Notes: generated by a model from the sequence alone, not told the origin. A stretch of DNA of 64,000 bases from an uncultured Candidatus Saccharibacteria bacterium (GCA_964484655.1 CAZAFA010000001.1:31242-95241), one strand, 5' to 3'; shown: positions 18,620 to 28,273, counted from the first letter of the stretch. Made by a program: numbers and translations.

Positions 18620-18973
18620 ATGGCCCGCATGCGCACGCCTTCGCTGTCCGACCGCATCCGGTCGATGCCGCTCCCTTCCGCGCGCCAGGCCGGCATCCTC
18701 GCGGTGCTCGCGATCGTCGTGATACTCAGCGGAGTGCGCCTCGCCGGCCTCGCCGACGAGCTGCAGGACACGCGCGGCAAGCGCGCCGAGCTCGAGGAGA
18801 AGCGCGCCGAGCTCGAGCGGCGTCACCGCGACCTCGAGACGCAGTCCACCTTCGTCGCCGATCCCGACCACCTCGAGCAGGAGCTCCGCGCCCGCTACAA
18901 TTACAAGAAGCCGGGCGAGCAGGTGATCATCGTCGTGCCGCCCGCGACATCGACCACCTCCACCGCCCCATGA
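18620..18973 (+). CDS. ftsB: Septum formation initiator (FtsB/DivIC family)
   Basis: 117 aa with one TM, then a coiled coil (AELEEKRAELERRHRDLE) and the ARYNYKKPGEQVI motif typical of FtsB. Confidence 0.55.
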   Translation: MARMRTPSLSDRIRSMPLPSARQAGILAVLAIVVILSGVRLAGLADELQDTRGKRAELEEKRAELERRHRDLETQSTFVADPDHLEQELRARYNYKKPGEQVIIVVPPATSTTSTAP

Positions 18974-19554
18974 GCAGCCGCCGGCGCCGCGCCAAGCGCA
19001 ACCGCTACCTGATCGGCGCCGCCGTCGGCGCCTCGGCGCTCCTGCTCGCTATCGCCGCGGGCTGGTACCCGCTGGCGCTCGTGAACGGGAAGCCGATCTG
19101 GGCCTCGTCGTACCGCGCGTACGTCGCGTCGGCGATCGCGTATCAGCAGGCTGCTCGCGACACGTACGCGACCTCGTCACCGCTCCTGTCCGCGCAGGGC
19201 GAGCGCGCCCTCGGCGCGGTCGCGCTCGACGAGCTCGTCGAGCAGAAGCTCCTCCAGCAGGGCATGGCACAGCTCGTCGGCGACCATGCCGACCAGCTCG
19301 TCGAGAACAAGATGGCAGACCTCGCCAAGGAGCCTCAGCTGGTGGGCGCGAGCCGCGCGCTCTTCCAGCTCGACCCGCAGGCGTTCCGCCGCGTCGTGCT
19401 GCGCCCGCAGGCCATGCGCGAGGTGCTCTCCGGGCGCCTCTATCTCGATGGCACCACACTCGAGGCGTGGACGGAGGACGCCAGGAGGGGTGCGCGCGTG
19501 CGCCTGCTGACCGGCGCGTACGGCTGGCAGGACCGCAAGGTGCAGGCCCGGTAG
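18970..19554 (+). CDS. Hypothetical membrane-anchored protein
   Basis: 194 aa with an N-terminal TM. It overlaps the ftsB stop (ATGA). No domain assignment. Confidence 0.4.
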   Translation: MSSRRRRAKRNRYLIGAAVGASALLLAIAAGWYPLALVNGKPIWASSYRAYVASAIAYQQAARDTYATSSPLLSAQGERALGAVALDELVEQKLLQQGMAQLVGDHADQLVENKMADLAKEPQLVGASRALFQLDPQAFRRVVLRPQAMREVLSGRLYLDGTTLEAWTEDARRGARVRLLTGAYGWQDRKVQAR

Positions 19555-19577
19555 CCGGGTGCTACACTCTCACGCGC

Positions 19578-19648
19578 GCGGGATTAGTACATCGGTAGTA
19601 CGCTTGCTTCCCAAGCAAGAGAGACGGGTTCGATTCCCGTATCCCGCT
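19578..19648 (+). tRNA. tRNA-Gly (anticodon CCC)
   Basis: Cloverleaf read by hand: acceptor gcgggat/atcccgc, anticodon stem cttgc/gcaag with loop ttCCCaa, T-arm acggg-ttcgattc-ccgt. No encoded CCA. Confidence 0.75.
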
Positions 19649-20835
19649 CAGAAGGAGAGCGTCTCGCGCTCGCGGATCAGCTCGGCGATGCCCGGGCGCA
19701 GCAGCGCTTCCGCAGGACGCGGCCGCGCGTTGTACGTCGACGCCATGGAGTATCCGTACGCTCCCGCGGTGAGGATGCCGAGGACGTCGCCCTCCTGCGG
19801 CAGGGGAAGCTCGCGGCCCTCGGCGAAGACGTCGCCGGACTCGCAGACGTTCCCCGCGACCGTGACGGTCTCGCGCGACGCGTCCGGGCTCGTGAGGTTC
19901 AGGACGTGGTGGTAGCTGCCGTACATGGCGGGGCGCGCGAGCTGGTTGAAGCCGCTGTCCACGCCGACGAACACCCGGTCCGGGGTGCGCTTCACGTCGG
20001 TCACGGTGACGAGGAGCGTCCCGCTCTCGGCCACGAGGTAGCGGCCTGCCTCGAAGCGCATCGTCAGCTGCCTGCCGTACTCTCCGCAGAAGCGCTGGAA
20101 GCGCTCGCCGATCCGCGCGCCGAGGGACGCGATGTCCAGCGCCTCCTCCTCAGGCCGGTACGGCACGCCGAACCCGCCGCCGAAGTCGACGTAGGTGAGG
20201 TCGGGGAGCGTCGCCGCGGTCGCGAGGAGCGCCTCGACGGCGGCCATGAAGACCTCCTGGTCGAGGACGTTGGAGCCGATATGCTGGTGCACCCCGACGA
20301 TGCGCAGGCCGAGCTCCTGCGCCCATGCCGCGGCCTGGTCCACCTGCTCGTGATGGATGCCGAACTTGCTGCGCGGCCCGCCCGTGATGACGTGGTCGTG
20401 GTGCCCGGCGCCGATGCCTTGGTTGACGCGGATGCCGATGCCGCCGCCGGGGATGATGCGGGCGAGCTTCTCGATCTGCCCGAACGAGTCCGCGTTGACG
20501 CGCACGCCGCGCTCAGCGACCGCGCGGAGCTCCGCCTCGGAGACGTTGCTGCAGGTGTAGAGAATGTCCGCAGGCGCGAAGCCCGCCGCGAGCGCGGCGC
20601 GCACCTCGCCCTCGGATACCGTCTCGACGCCGGCGCCGAGCTCGCGCAGGAGCTTGAGGATCGCGGGATTGGTGTTCGCCTTGCACGCGAAGTGGATCCG
20701 CGTGTCGTGCCAGGAGATGCCCGAAGCGAGCGCGCGGTACCGCTCGGCGATCGTCGACTCGTCGTACGCGTAGAGCGGCGAGCCGAAGCGCGCGAGGAGC
20801 GCGCGCGGGTCGTGGCCGGCAAGGCGGGGTTCCAT
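19648..20835 (-). CDS. lysA: Diaminopimelate decarboxylase
   Basis: PLP fold-III decarboxylase signatures: the HFACKAN PLP lysine, GGGFGVPY, and the C-terminal CESGD region. Confidence 0.8.
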   Translation of the reverse strand: MEPRLAGHDPRALLARFGSPLYAYDESTIAERYRALASGISWHDTRIHFACKANTNPAILKLLRELGAGVETVSEGEVRAALAAGFAPADILYTCSNVSEAELRAVAERGVRVNADSFGQIEKLARIIPGGGIGIRVNQGIGAGHHDHVITGGPRSKFGIHHEQVDQAAAWAQELGLRIVGVHQHIGSNVLDQEVFMAAVEALLATAATLPDLTYVDFGGGFGVPYRPEEEALDIASLGARIGERFQRFCGEYGRQLTMRFEAGRYLVAESGTLLVTVTDVKRTPDRVFVGVDSGFNQLARPAMYGSYHHVLNLTSPDASRETVTVAGNVCESGDVFAEGRELPLPQEGDVLGILTAGAYGYSMASTYNARPRPAEALLRPGIAELIRERETLSF

Positions 20836-20883
20836 GCGCGGAAGTATAGCGAAGCCCCGCGTCATATGCGGGGCTTCGCGAGT

Positions 20884-20961
20884 TGGTAGCGCGTACGGGA
20901 TTCGAACCCGTGTTTTCGCCGTGAGAGGGCGACGTCCTGGACCGGGCTAGACGAACGCGCC
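20884..20961 (-). tRNA. tRNA-Glu (anticodon CTC), CCA encoded
   Basis: Reverse complement gives ggcgcgt-tc-gtctagcccggtccaggac...gccCTCtcacggcg...gggttcgaatcccgt-acgcgct-a-cca. Resembles bacterial tRNA-Glu. Confidence 0.75.
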
Positions 20962-21000
20962 AGGCGGAGGTGAGTGTAGCAAGTAGCGACCGTGAGGCAA

Positions 21001-22449
21001 CTAGGCCTCCTCGTATCTGATTCCCAGCGCGAGCACGCGCGCGTCGTCGAAGCGCGTTCCCTGGAGCTGGAAGGAGACCGGGAGGCTCTCCGGGCCGTAC
21101 GCGGCATCGTTCCACGGCGTCACCGGCACCGAGATCGCGGGCAGCCCGGCGAGGTTCGCCGGGATCGTGAAGACGTCCGAGAGGTACATCGCGACCGGAT
21201 CGTCGGCCTTCTCGCCTGCCTTGAAGGCGGTCGTCGGGGTCGTGGGGGAGAGGATCGCGTCCACCTTCCCGAACGCCTCGTCGAAGTCGCGGGAGACGAG
21301 CGTGCGCGCGGCCTGCGCCTTCCCGTAGTAGGCGTCGTAGTAGCCCGAGGAGAGGACGAACGTGCCGAGGATGAGGCGCCGCTTCACCTCGGCGCCGAAG
21401 CCGGTGCCGCGCGCGTTGAGATAGCGCTCGAGGAGCGTGCCGTCGCTGCCGTGGACGGGCGCATAGCGGAGGCCGTCGTAGCGCGCGAGGTTCGAGCTCG
21501 CCTCGGCCGGCTGTATGACGTAGTAGCAGGCGAGCGCGAGGTCGGTATGCGGCAGCGAGATCTCCACGACCTCATGCCCGAGCGACTCGAAGCGCTTGCG
21601 CGCCTGCTCGAACCCGGCAGCGATCTCAGGCGCGAGGTCGCCGGAGAGGTACTCCTTCGGGATGCCAATGCGCATGCCCTGCGCGGACGACGCGTCGACG
21701 TGCGCGAGGCCTTCGGCGAGGTCGCGGTGCGCGGTGGTCGCGTCGAGCGGATCCGGACCGGCGATCGCGGCGAAGACGGTCGCGGCGTCGCGGACGGTCT
21801 TCGCGAACGGGCCGATCTGATCCAGGCTGCTCGCGAGCGCGATCGCGCCGGAGCGCGAGACGGCTCCATAGGTCGGCTTGAAGCCGACCGCGCCGCAGAA
21901 GGCGGCGGGCTGGCGGATGCTGCCTCCGGTGTCCGTCCCGAGCGCCGCGAGCGCCTCGCTGTCGGCGACGGCAGCCGCCGAGCCGCCGGAGCTGCCGCCC
22001 GGCACGCGCTCGAGGTCCCACGGGTTGCGCGTGACGCCGAGCGCCGAGTTCTCGGTGGAGGAGCCCATCGCGAACTCGTCCAGGTTCGTCTTCCCGACGA
22101 GCACGGCGCCGGCGTCCTTGAGGCGCGCCACGGCGGTCGCGTCGTAGCTCGCCTCGTAGCTCTCGAGGATCCGGGAGGCGGCGGTAGCCGGCGCTCCCTG
22201 CACGAGCAGGTTGTCCTTGATCGCGACCGGGATGCCGTCCAGGTCGCCCTTGGTCGCGCCCTTCGCGCGGCGCTCGTCCGAAGCGGCCGCGGTCGCGAGC
22301 ATCTCGTCGGTCATCACGTGCAGGTACGCGCCGACCTCCTCCCGCTCCTGGATGCGCGCGAGGGTCGCGCGCGCGAGATCGGTCGCGGTGTACGTCCCCG
22401 CGGCGAGTTCCCGGGCGGCGTCGGCGATGGTGAGCTTGGCGAGGTCCAT
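21001..22449 (-). CDS. gatA: Glu-tRNA(Gln)/Asp-tRNA(Asn) amidotransferase subunit A
   Basis: Amidase signature GGSSGGSAAAVA plus the conserved KDN and Ser-cisSer-Lys regions. The true start MDLAKL is at 22449; the track ORF is artefactually extended to 23097. Confidence 0.85.
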   Translation of the reverse strand: MDLAKLTIADAARELAAGTYTATDLARATLARIQEREEVGAYLHVMTDEMLATAAASDERRAKGATKGDLDGIPVAIKDNLLVQGAPATAASRILESYEASYDATAVARLKDAGAVLVGKTNLDEFAMGSSTENSALGVTRNPWDLERVPGGSSGGSAAAVADSEALAALGTDTGGSIRQPAAFCGAVGFKPTYGAVSRSGAIALASSLDQIGPFAKTVRDAATVFAAIAGPDPLDATTAHRDLAEGLAHVDASSAQGMRIGIPKEYLSGDLAPEIAAGFEQARKRFESLGHEVVEISLPHTDLALACYYVIQPAEASSNLARYDGLRYAPVHGSDGTLLERYLNARGTGFGAEVKRRLILGTFVLSSGYYDAYYGKAQAARTLVSRDFDEAFGKVDAILSPTTPTTAFKAGEKADDPVAMYLSDVFTIPANLAGLPAISVPVTPWNDAAYGPESLPVSFQLQGTRFDDARVLALGIRYEEA

Positions 22450-22451
22450 GG

Positions 22452-22727
22452 TCAGAATACGCGGGGCACCTTGAGGAAGCCGTCCTCGGACTCGGGGAAG
22501 GCGCGCTTCGCGTCCTCGCCGATACGGGCGCTCTCGCCGTCCTCGCGGAAGACGCCGCGCTCCGGAGCGGCATGCGTCGCCGGCGCCTGCTTGGCCGCCT
22601 CGAGCCGGCTCACGTGCCCGAGGATGTTTCCGAGGTCCGCGGCGAGGCGCTCCGTCTCGACGGCTTCGAGGCGGATGCGCGCGAGGCCGGCAAGGCGGGA
22701 TACCTCCTCGGGAGATACGTCGGGCAT
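22452..22727 (-). CDS. gatC: Glu-tRNA(Gln) amidotransferase subunit C
   Basis: 92 aa immediately upstream of gatA. MPDVSPEEVSRLAGLARIRL is a typical GatC N-terminus. Confidence 0.7.
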   Translation of the reverse strand: MPDVSPEEVSRLAGLARIRLEAVETERLAADLGNILGHVSRLEAAKQAPATHAAPERGVFREDGESARIGEDAKRAFPESEDGFLKVPRVF

Positions 22728-22759
22728 GCGGAGAGTGTAGGCCGAATCCGCGGGCGCTG

Positions 22760-23272
22760 CTACCGCTTCGGGTGCACGCAGATGATGCGCTGCGTCCAGT
22801 GCTCGCGCAGCGTCGCGAGCGGCACCTCGTAGCGGACCCCCTCGCGCGTGTCGCGGAACGGGTCGTAGACGGTGGCGGAGCCGCCCTCGAGGCCGCAGAC
22901 GACGATGAGGTGGCTGCTCTCGCTCGGCGAGAACGCTGGCGCCACGGACGCGACCACCGGGCCGCGCGCGACCGCGTCCTCGAGGTGCTCCCACGCATCC
23001 TCAGGGAGATCGCCGCTCCAGTCCTCGGGGTGAGCGCGCACGCCGAAGCTTCGCGCGACCGCGGCAAGCTCGCGATGGAGCCAGCCGTTCCCCTCATGAT
23101 ACGCGCCGGTCTCGAGGCCGCGCGCGAGCACCTCCTCGACGGACGGGGGGTTCTCGATGCCCGAGGCGCCGAGGACCATGGCGAGCGCAGCGGCGCCGCA
23201 GGAGCGGCGACGGTACGCAGGATCGCTGACGTCCAGGAGCTGCGAGTAGGCGGGGAGGGTGCGGTCGGTCAT
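22760..23272 (-). CDS. Papain-like cysteine peptidase, C39-like (Peptidase_C39_2/BtrH-like)
   Basis: SCGAAALAMVL catalytic-Cys motif and a downstream SHLIVVCGLEGG His region. Confidence 0.5.
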   Translation of the reverse strand: MTDRTLPAYSQLLDVSDPAYRRRSCGAAALAMVLGASGIENPPSVEEVLARGLETGAYHEGNGWLHRELAAVARSFGVRAHPEDWSGDLPEDAWEHLEDAVARGPVVASVAPAFSPSESSHLIVVCGLEGGSATVYDPFRDTREGVRYEVPLATLREHWTQRIICVHPKR

Positions 23273-23835
23273 TTGTTCGGCTGCCAGAAGACGCCAGCGG
23301 GATGCTTCGGCGCCTGCTTCTTCCTGCCGGCGAATCCCTTGTCGAGCGCGTCGTGCCACCAGTAGCTCTCCACCGGCCGGTACTTCAGGGGGGCGCGCAC
23401 GGGGGCCATGGTCTTGTCGCCGTCGTTGTGCACGGCCTCGCCGCCGCCGACGTAGAAGCCGCAGTGGCTGACGAGCGGCTGGTACACGCCTGTGTCCTTC
23501 CTCATGCGCGACGCGTCAGCGGGCTTGGGGAGCCAGAAGACGACGCACCCGACGCGGGGCCGGGGGATCTCGTGCCACCCGGATTCCTTCATGTCGCGCT
23601 TGAGGCGGTTGATCGTGACCTGCACCTCCTGCACGAGGTTGAAGAGCTTGAGGATGCTCGCGGTATAGAAGGAGCAGCTCACGCGTCCGTCGCGGACGAT
23701 GTTCGTCCTCTTCCCGTTGACCTTCGCCCAGAAGCTCCGGAACAGGGGAGTGCCGACGCTCGCGCCGATCATCGCGAGGTAGGTGTCCAGCAGGAGCGGC
23801 TCGACGACCACGCCCTTCAGCTTCTTCAGCGCCAT
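23269..23835 (-). CDS. NlpC/P60-like cysteine hydrolase
   Basis: Cys in SCSFYTASIL and His in SHCGFYVGGGEAVHN follow the C...H...H pattern of NlpC/P60/CHAP. It overlaps the downstream C39-like gene by 4 nt. Confidence 0.45.
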   Translation of the reverse strand: MALKKLKGVVVEPLLLDTYLAMIGASVGTPLFRSFWAKVNGKRTNIVRDGRVSCSFYTASILKLFNLVQEVQVTINRLKRDMKESGWHEIPRPRVGCVVFWLPKPADASRMRKDTGVYQPLVSHCGFYVGGGEAVHNDGDKTMAPVRAPLKYRPVESYWWHDALDKGFAGRKKQAPKHPAGVFWQPNK

Positions 23836-23900
23836 GGCGCGAGTGTACCACGTACGCCAAGCGGCGCCTCGTGGGCGCCGCTTGGCTGGGGATCCGCTTG

Positions 23901-23972
23901 TTGCGGGGACAGGAGTCGAACCTGCTACCTTGAGCTTATGGGGCTCACATGCAACCGTTACACTTCCCCGCG
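23901..23972 (-). tRNA. Initiator tRNA-fMet (anticodon CAT)
   Basis: 5' cgcgggg and 3' ccccgca-a give the C1:A72 mismatch diagnostic of bacterial initiator tRNA. Anticodon loop ccCATaa. No encoded CCA. The D-arm is atypical. Confidence 0.65.
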
Positions 23973-24097
23973 GAACAGAAGGTAGCCCGTGCGGTGGGGA
24001 AAGGCAAGCTTGCCGACCCTGTCAAGGCGCGCTACTATCCGCCTTAGCTCTGCAGTCCCGAAAGGGTGAGCACATCAAAAAAGAGAGGACAGCGAAA

Positions 24098-24505
24098 ATG
24101 AAATTTACCTTCGCGATCGCAGCTATCATGCTGCTCGCGTTCGTATCGTTCGCTTCGTCGAGCTCACCGCCGACCGGCACGGTCGTCGCCTTGACCAAGA
24201 AGGCAACGCTGCCGACGGCGGCCGCAGTACCTGGCGCGCTCGCCTCGGTTCCCCTCGTATCGGAACCGGCATCAGCATCGCGTCCGGTCCTCGAGTCCGA
24301 CGTTCCATTCCAACCCGAAAGTATGAGGCATGTCGCGCTGCTAACAACCAGCGAACGTGTCGGCTCTGACGCCGAAGGTGAACCCGCCGTGGGAGTAATC
24401 GAAGCAAGCGTCGTCCGCGAGGACGCGCTCGCCGCAACCTACGATGGCATCCACCGGATCACGCAGGGAGGTCGTATCACTCCCGCATCGAATGGTGCAG
24501 CGTAA
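24098..24505 (+). CDS. Hypothetical small secreted protein
   Basis: 135 aa. RBS agagagga upstream and a signal peptide MKFTFAIAAIMLLAFVSFASS. No known domain. Confidence 0.35.
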   Translation: MKFTFAIAAIMLLAFVSFASSSSPPTGTVVALTKKATLPTAAAVPGALASVPLVSEPASASRPVLESDVPFQPESMRHVALLTTSERVGSDAEGEPAVGVIEASVVREDALAATYDGIHRITQGGRITPASNGAA

Positions 24506-24552
24506 GCTGCCCAACCCGCTGCTGGAAGTCAGACACCTGTTTTTCTCAAAGA

Positions 24553-24585
24553 TCGAAGGGCCCGCATTGCGGGTCCTTTCGTTTC
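24553..24585 (+). terminator. Rho-independent terminator
   Basis: gaagggcccgc-attg-cgggtcctttc followed by gtttct. Confidence 0.45.
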
Positions 24586-24613
24586 TAAACGGACTCCTAT
24601 ATAAAGAGCGCAC

Positions 24614-24688
24614 GCCAGGGTAGCTCAGCTGGTTGAGAGCGCGCGACTCATAATCGCGAGGTCGAGGGTTCGAGTCCCTCCCCTGGTA
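24614..24688 (+). tRNA. Elongator tRNA-Met or tRNA-Ile2 (anticodon CAT)
   Basis: gccaggg-ta-gctcagctggttgagagc...cgcga-ctCATaa-tcgcg...gaggg-ttcgagt-ccctc-ccctggt-a, with a G1:U72 wobble. No encoded CCA. Confidence 0.75.
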
Positions 24689-24729
24689 CACTCAATGCAT
24701 CCCGCCTGAGATCGTCAGGCACCACAGCC

Positions 24730-26181
24730 ATGCGTCTTTCCGTCCCGCGCGAGGTCCAGGACGTCGTCGCGCTCCTGACCTATAACGGCCACGAAGCCTT
24801 CCTCGTCGGAGGCTGCGTTCGCGACGCGCTCCGCGGCGTCCCCGCGCACGACTGGGATGTCGCGACCAACGCAGAGCCCGAGCAGGTGCAGGCGCTGTTC
24901 CCGGACTCCGTGTACGAGAACCGCTTCGGCACGGTCGGGGTGAAGACGGGGAGCGAGGACCCGACGCTCGCCATCGTCGAGGTCACCACGTACCGCGTGG
25001 ACGGCCCGTACCTCGACGGGCGCCATCCGGAGACGGTTTCGCGCGCGCGGACGATCGAGGAGGACCTCTCGCGCCGCGACTTCACCGTCAACGCCATGGC
25101 GTACGGCGACGGCGCGCTCGTGGACCCGTTCAACGGCGAGGACGACCTCAAGGCGAAGCTCGTCCGTGCGGTCGGGGATCCGCACGAGCGCTTCGGCGAG
25201 GACGCGCTCCGCCTGATGCGCGCGGTGCGCTTCTGCGCGCAGCTCGGCTTCGAGCTCGAGCCGCGCACGCGGCAGGCGGTGGCCGACCTCGCGAGCACGA
25301 TCGCCAACGTCAGCGAGGAGCGCGTGCGGGACGAGCTCGTCAAGCTCGTCATGAGCCCCGGCGCCGAGCAGGGGATGGAGCTCATGCGCGAGCTCGGGCT
25401 CTTGCAGCACGTCGTCCCCGAGCTCATGGAAGGCGTCGGCGTGACGCAGAACAAGCACCACGTCTTCACGGTATACGAGCACAACCTGAAGGCGATGGCG
25501 TTCGCCGTCTCGCAGGGCTACGACCTCAACGTCCGCCTCGCCTCGCTGCTCCACGACGTCGGCAAGCCGCGCGTGAAGCGCGGCGAGGGGCCGGACTCGA
25601 CCTTCTACAACCACGAGGTCGTCGGTGCGCGGCAGACGCGGGACATACTGAACCGCCTGCGCTTTCCGAAGGAGACGGTCCAGACCGTCTCGCATCTCGT
25701 GCGTCATCACATGTTCTACTACAACGTCGACGAGGTCTCTCCCGCGGGCGTGCGCCGCTTCGTGCGGCGCGTCGGTCCGGAGCACATCGACGACTTGTTC
25801 CGCCTCCGCGAGGCGGACCGCATCGGATCGGGCGTGCCCAAGGCGGTCCCGTACAAGCTGCGTCATCTGCGCTACATGATCGACAGCGTGAAGGCCGACC
25901 CGATCGACGCGAAGATGCTCAAGGTCACGGGCACCGACCTCATGGAGCAGCTCGGGCTGCAGCCGGGGCCTATCCTCGGCCAGATACTCGCCATCCTCCT
26001 CGAGGAGGTGATCGAGGATCCGGGGAAGAACGCGAAGGAGGCACTGCTGGCGCGCGCCAAGGAGGTCATGGCGCTATCGGCGGAGGAGCGCGCCGCGCTC
26101 ACCGAGGCCGCGCGACGGCGCGCGCAGGAGGAAGAGGAGGAGCAGGACGCGGCGATCCGTCGCGCGCACCGGGTGCGCTAG
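24730..26181 (+). CDS. cca: CCA-adding tRNA nucleotidyltransferase with HD domain
   Basis: Pol-beta NTase head GGCVRD...DWD, the RRDFTVNAMA motif, and a C-terminal HD domain with LLHDVGKP. Confidence 0.8.
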   Translation: MRLSVPREVQDVVALLTYNGHEAFLVGGCVRDALRGVPAHDWDVATNAEPEQVQALFPDSVYENRFGTVGVKTGSEDPTLAIVEVTTYRVDGPYLDGRHPETVSRARTIEEDLSRRDFTVNAMAYGDGALVDPFNGEDDLKAKLVRAVGDPHERFGEDALRLMRAVRFCAQLGFELEPRTRQAVADLASTIANVSEERVRDELVKLVMSPGAEQGMELMRELGLLQHVVPELMEGVGVTQNKHHVFTVYEHNLKAMAFAVSQGYDLNVRLASLLHDVGKPRVKRGEGPDSTFYNHEVVGARQTRDILNRLRFPKETVQTVSHLVRHHMFYYNVDEVSPAGVRRFVRRVGPEHIDDLFRLREADRIGSGVPKAVPYKLRHLRYMIDSVKADPIDAKMLKVTGTDLMEQLGLQPGPILGQILAILLEEVIEDPGKNAKEALLARAKEVMALSAEERAALTEAARRRAQEEEEEQDAAIRRAHRVR

Positions 26182-26233
26182 CCGACGCTGTCCACGCATT
26201 CCCACTCATGAGCGCGCCTCGTATACTTGGGGC

Positions 26234-26662
26234 ATGTTCCGCGGCGACCGGCTCTTACGCCTAGTCCTCAATACCTGGACCGCCCTCATCCTGCCGTTCG
26301 TCATCTTCAACTTCTTCACGCACGAGGTGCTCGAGTACCTCGCGGTGCCCGTAGCCGTGCTCTACGTCGGCCTGCTGACGCTCTACGTCGGCACCAAGGA
26401 GTTCGAGCGCTGGTACGACCTCCATCACGGGAGGCATCCCGGCGAGTGGTTCGTGATCGCCTGGACGCTGGTCATGATCTTCCTCTTCGGCTGCTCGATC
26501 GCGCTCGGACCCGAGCACACCATCCACTCGGATCTCGTCGCCGTCTACGTGGCGGTCCTCACTCTTTACGCCTTCACGCATCATTCCAAGGAGCTTCACC
26601 GGAGGAAGCGGGCTCTGGACCGCCGCGAGCAGGCCGTTGAACGGCGGGAGGGGACCGTATAG
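26234..26662 (+). CDS. Hypothetical 4-TM membrane protein
   Basis: 142 aa with four hydrophobic helices and a basic C-terminal tail. Confidence 0.4.
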   Translation: MFRGDRLLRLVLNTWTALILPFVIFNFFTHEVLEYLAVPVAVLYVGLLTLYVGTKEFERWYDLHHGRHPGEWFVIAWTLVMIFLFGCSIALGPEHTIHSDLVAVYVAVLTLYAFTHHSKELHRRKRALDRREQAVERREGTV

Positions 26663-26681
26663 GATAGGCGGGTTCCGAAAA

Positions 26682-26755
26682 CGGGCCGTAGTATACCGGT
26701 AGTACGTGCGCTTCGGGTGCGTAAAGACCGAGTTCGATTCTCGGCGGCCCGACCA
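26682..26755 (+). tRNA. tRNA-Pro (anticodon CGG), CCA encoded
   Basis: cgggccg-ta-gtataccggtagtac-g-tgcgc-ttCGGgt-gcgta-aagac-cgag-ttcgatt-ctcgg-cggcccg-a-cca. Confidence 0.7.
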
Positions 26756-26851
26756 GGAGTCAACGAGCATCCCTAGGGATGCTCGTTGACCATTTATCTA
26801 AAATTCCTTATAATATGAGGCGCCGAAAGGCGTGTTCCAAGAAAACAGAAT

Positions 26852-28273
26852 ATGGAGAATTTTATGAACAAACATCAGGCACACAGAGGAAGGGGGAGCG
26901 CCGTCACGTTGGCGATCCTGCTCCTCTCGATGGTCGCGTTACTCGCGACGCCGCTGGTGCGTTCTATCGGCGCGAAGTACGAATACTCCGCGCGCGAGGA
27001 CGCTGCCAGCAACGAGATCCTGCCGACGATGACCGCAGCCCAGTTCGTGGCCGAGGTCGAGCGTCTGCGGGAGCGGAGCGCTACGATACGCGCTCCGGAC
27101 TACGAGGCATACTTCGCCTTCCTGAGCGAAGCGCGGACGCTCGAACGCGTCGGCGCCAAGCTCGATCAAGCGGGGAGCATCGAGGTCCGCGGCAGACTCC
27201 TGTCGCTGAACGGCATCCAGATGAATCTGGCGAACACGTTCATGGAGGAATTCAGGCTTAACCCCCTGTTCAACGTCATGACCGCTTCGCCTGGCTTCAA
27301 GGAGGCGCAGCAGAATGCCGACGCCACCGAGCGCGCCATACGCGCGAGGATCGAGATGCCGCCCGAGTACCAGCTCGGCACCGTCTTCTCGCTCTGGCTG
27401 ACCGCCCTGCTGTGCTGCATCCCCTTCGGGGTCGGCACGGTCGCGCTGCAGCTGCGTCGCATGCATGGCGAGTCCTACGGCTCGATCATGCTGGCGTTCT
27501 TCAGCGACTGGCGCCTGGCAGCCGCGTCCCTCACGGGTCCGGCGTCGCCGGTGGTCCTGCGGATCCTGTTCTGCGATCGCGACCAGCTTCGCGTGGACGT
27601 GCGCTACCTGGCGTACGCCCTGAGCAGCTTCCTTTCCGTCTTCGTCGGCGGGGGAGCGGTCGCGGTCAAGGCGCAGACGCCGAACGCGCCGAGCAAGAAG
27701 CTTTCCGGCTCGGTGACCGAGCGCGTAGAAGCGGACGAGTCAGGGATCGTCTCCACCACCATGGCGGGCGTGACCTACGATCCGACCGGCTCGAGCCTCG
27801 AAGGCATCGCGGTGAAGGGCGACGGCTTCACGCGCACGTACGCCCTGTACGTGCAGCGCATCAAGAAGTGGTCCACGCCCCGCATCAAGGCGAGCGTTTC
27901 CAGCGTGACCGGCCTGATGACGTTCAAGGCCCGTTCCAGCAGCACGAACGTGTATGCGGTGACGGGCGCGCGAGCGAGCATCGCCTCGGGCAGGTTCTTC
28001 TGGAACACGCCACATGCGGCGATCGAGACGCCGCTGACGCGGGACGCGCGTATCACCTCCGCGATCATCACCCGGCCGGGATGGAAACTGACCGACCGCG
28101 TTTCGATCGTCGGGGAGCAGTTCGCGCGATTCACCGCAGGCAGCAAGCCGAAGCTGACGAGCTACGCGCTCGTCAACGTGAAGCTCGGCTCGCGTGCGAC
28201 CTTGGAGGCGGGCGGCTACCGCACCAACTCCGGACTGACTGGCCTGCGCGTCCAGTTCGGTCTCAGCTTCTAG
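26852..28273 (+). CDS. Hypothetical secreted/membrane protein with C-terminal beta-rich domain ending in Phe
   Basis: 473 aa with a signal peptide, a central hydrophobic segment, and a C-terminal ~190 aa of alternating hydrophobic pattern ending ...LRVQFGLSF. Preceded by an AT-rich promoter-like region. Confidence 0.45.
   Translation: MENFMNKHQAHRGRGSAVTLAILLLSMVALLATPLVRSIGAKYEYSAREDAASNEILPTMTAAQFVAEVERLRERSATIRAPDYEAYFAFLSEARTLERVGAKLDQAGSIEVRGRLLSLNGIQMNLANTFMEEFRLNPLFNVMTASPGFKEAQQNADATERAIRARIEMPPEYQLGTVFSLWLTALLCCIPFGVGTVALQLRRMHGESYGSIMLAFFSDWRLAAASLTGPASPVVLRILFCDRDQLRVDVRYLAYALSSFLSVFVGGGAVAVKAQTPNAPSKKLSGSVTERVEADESGIVSTTMAGVTYDPTGSSLEGIAVKGDGFTRTYALYVQRIKKWSTPRIKASVSSVTGLMTFKARSSSTNVYAVTGARASIASGRFFWNTPHAAIETPLTRDARITSAIITRPGWKLTDRVSIVGEQFARFTAGSKPKLTSYALVNVKLGSRATLEAGGYRTNSGLTGLRVQFGLSF

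Noticed and set aside
16643-18871. 742-aa minus-strand ORF.
   Set aside because: It is antisense to lepA; no motifs, low-complexity, GC-driven artefact.
22450-23097. N-terminal extension of the gatA ORF, making it 698 aa and overlapping gatC and beyond.
   Set aside because: The extension is a low-complexity Arg/Ser/Ala run. gatC is encoded in another frame over the same DNA. The true GatA start MDLAKL is at 22449.
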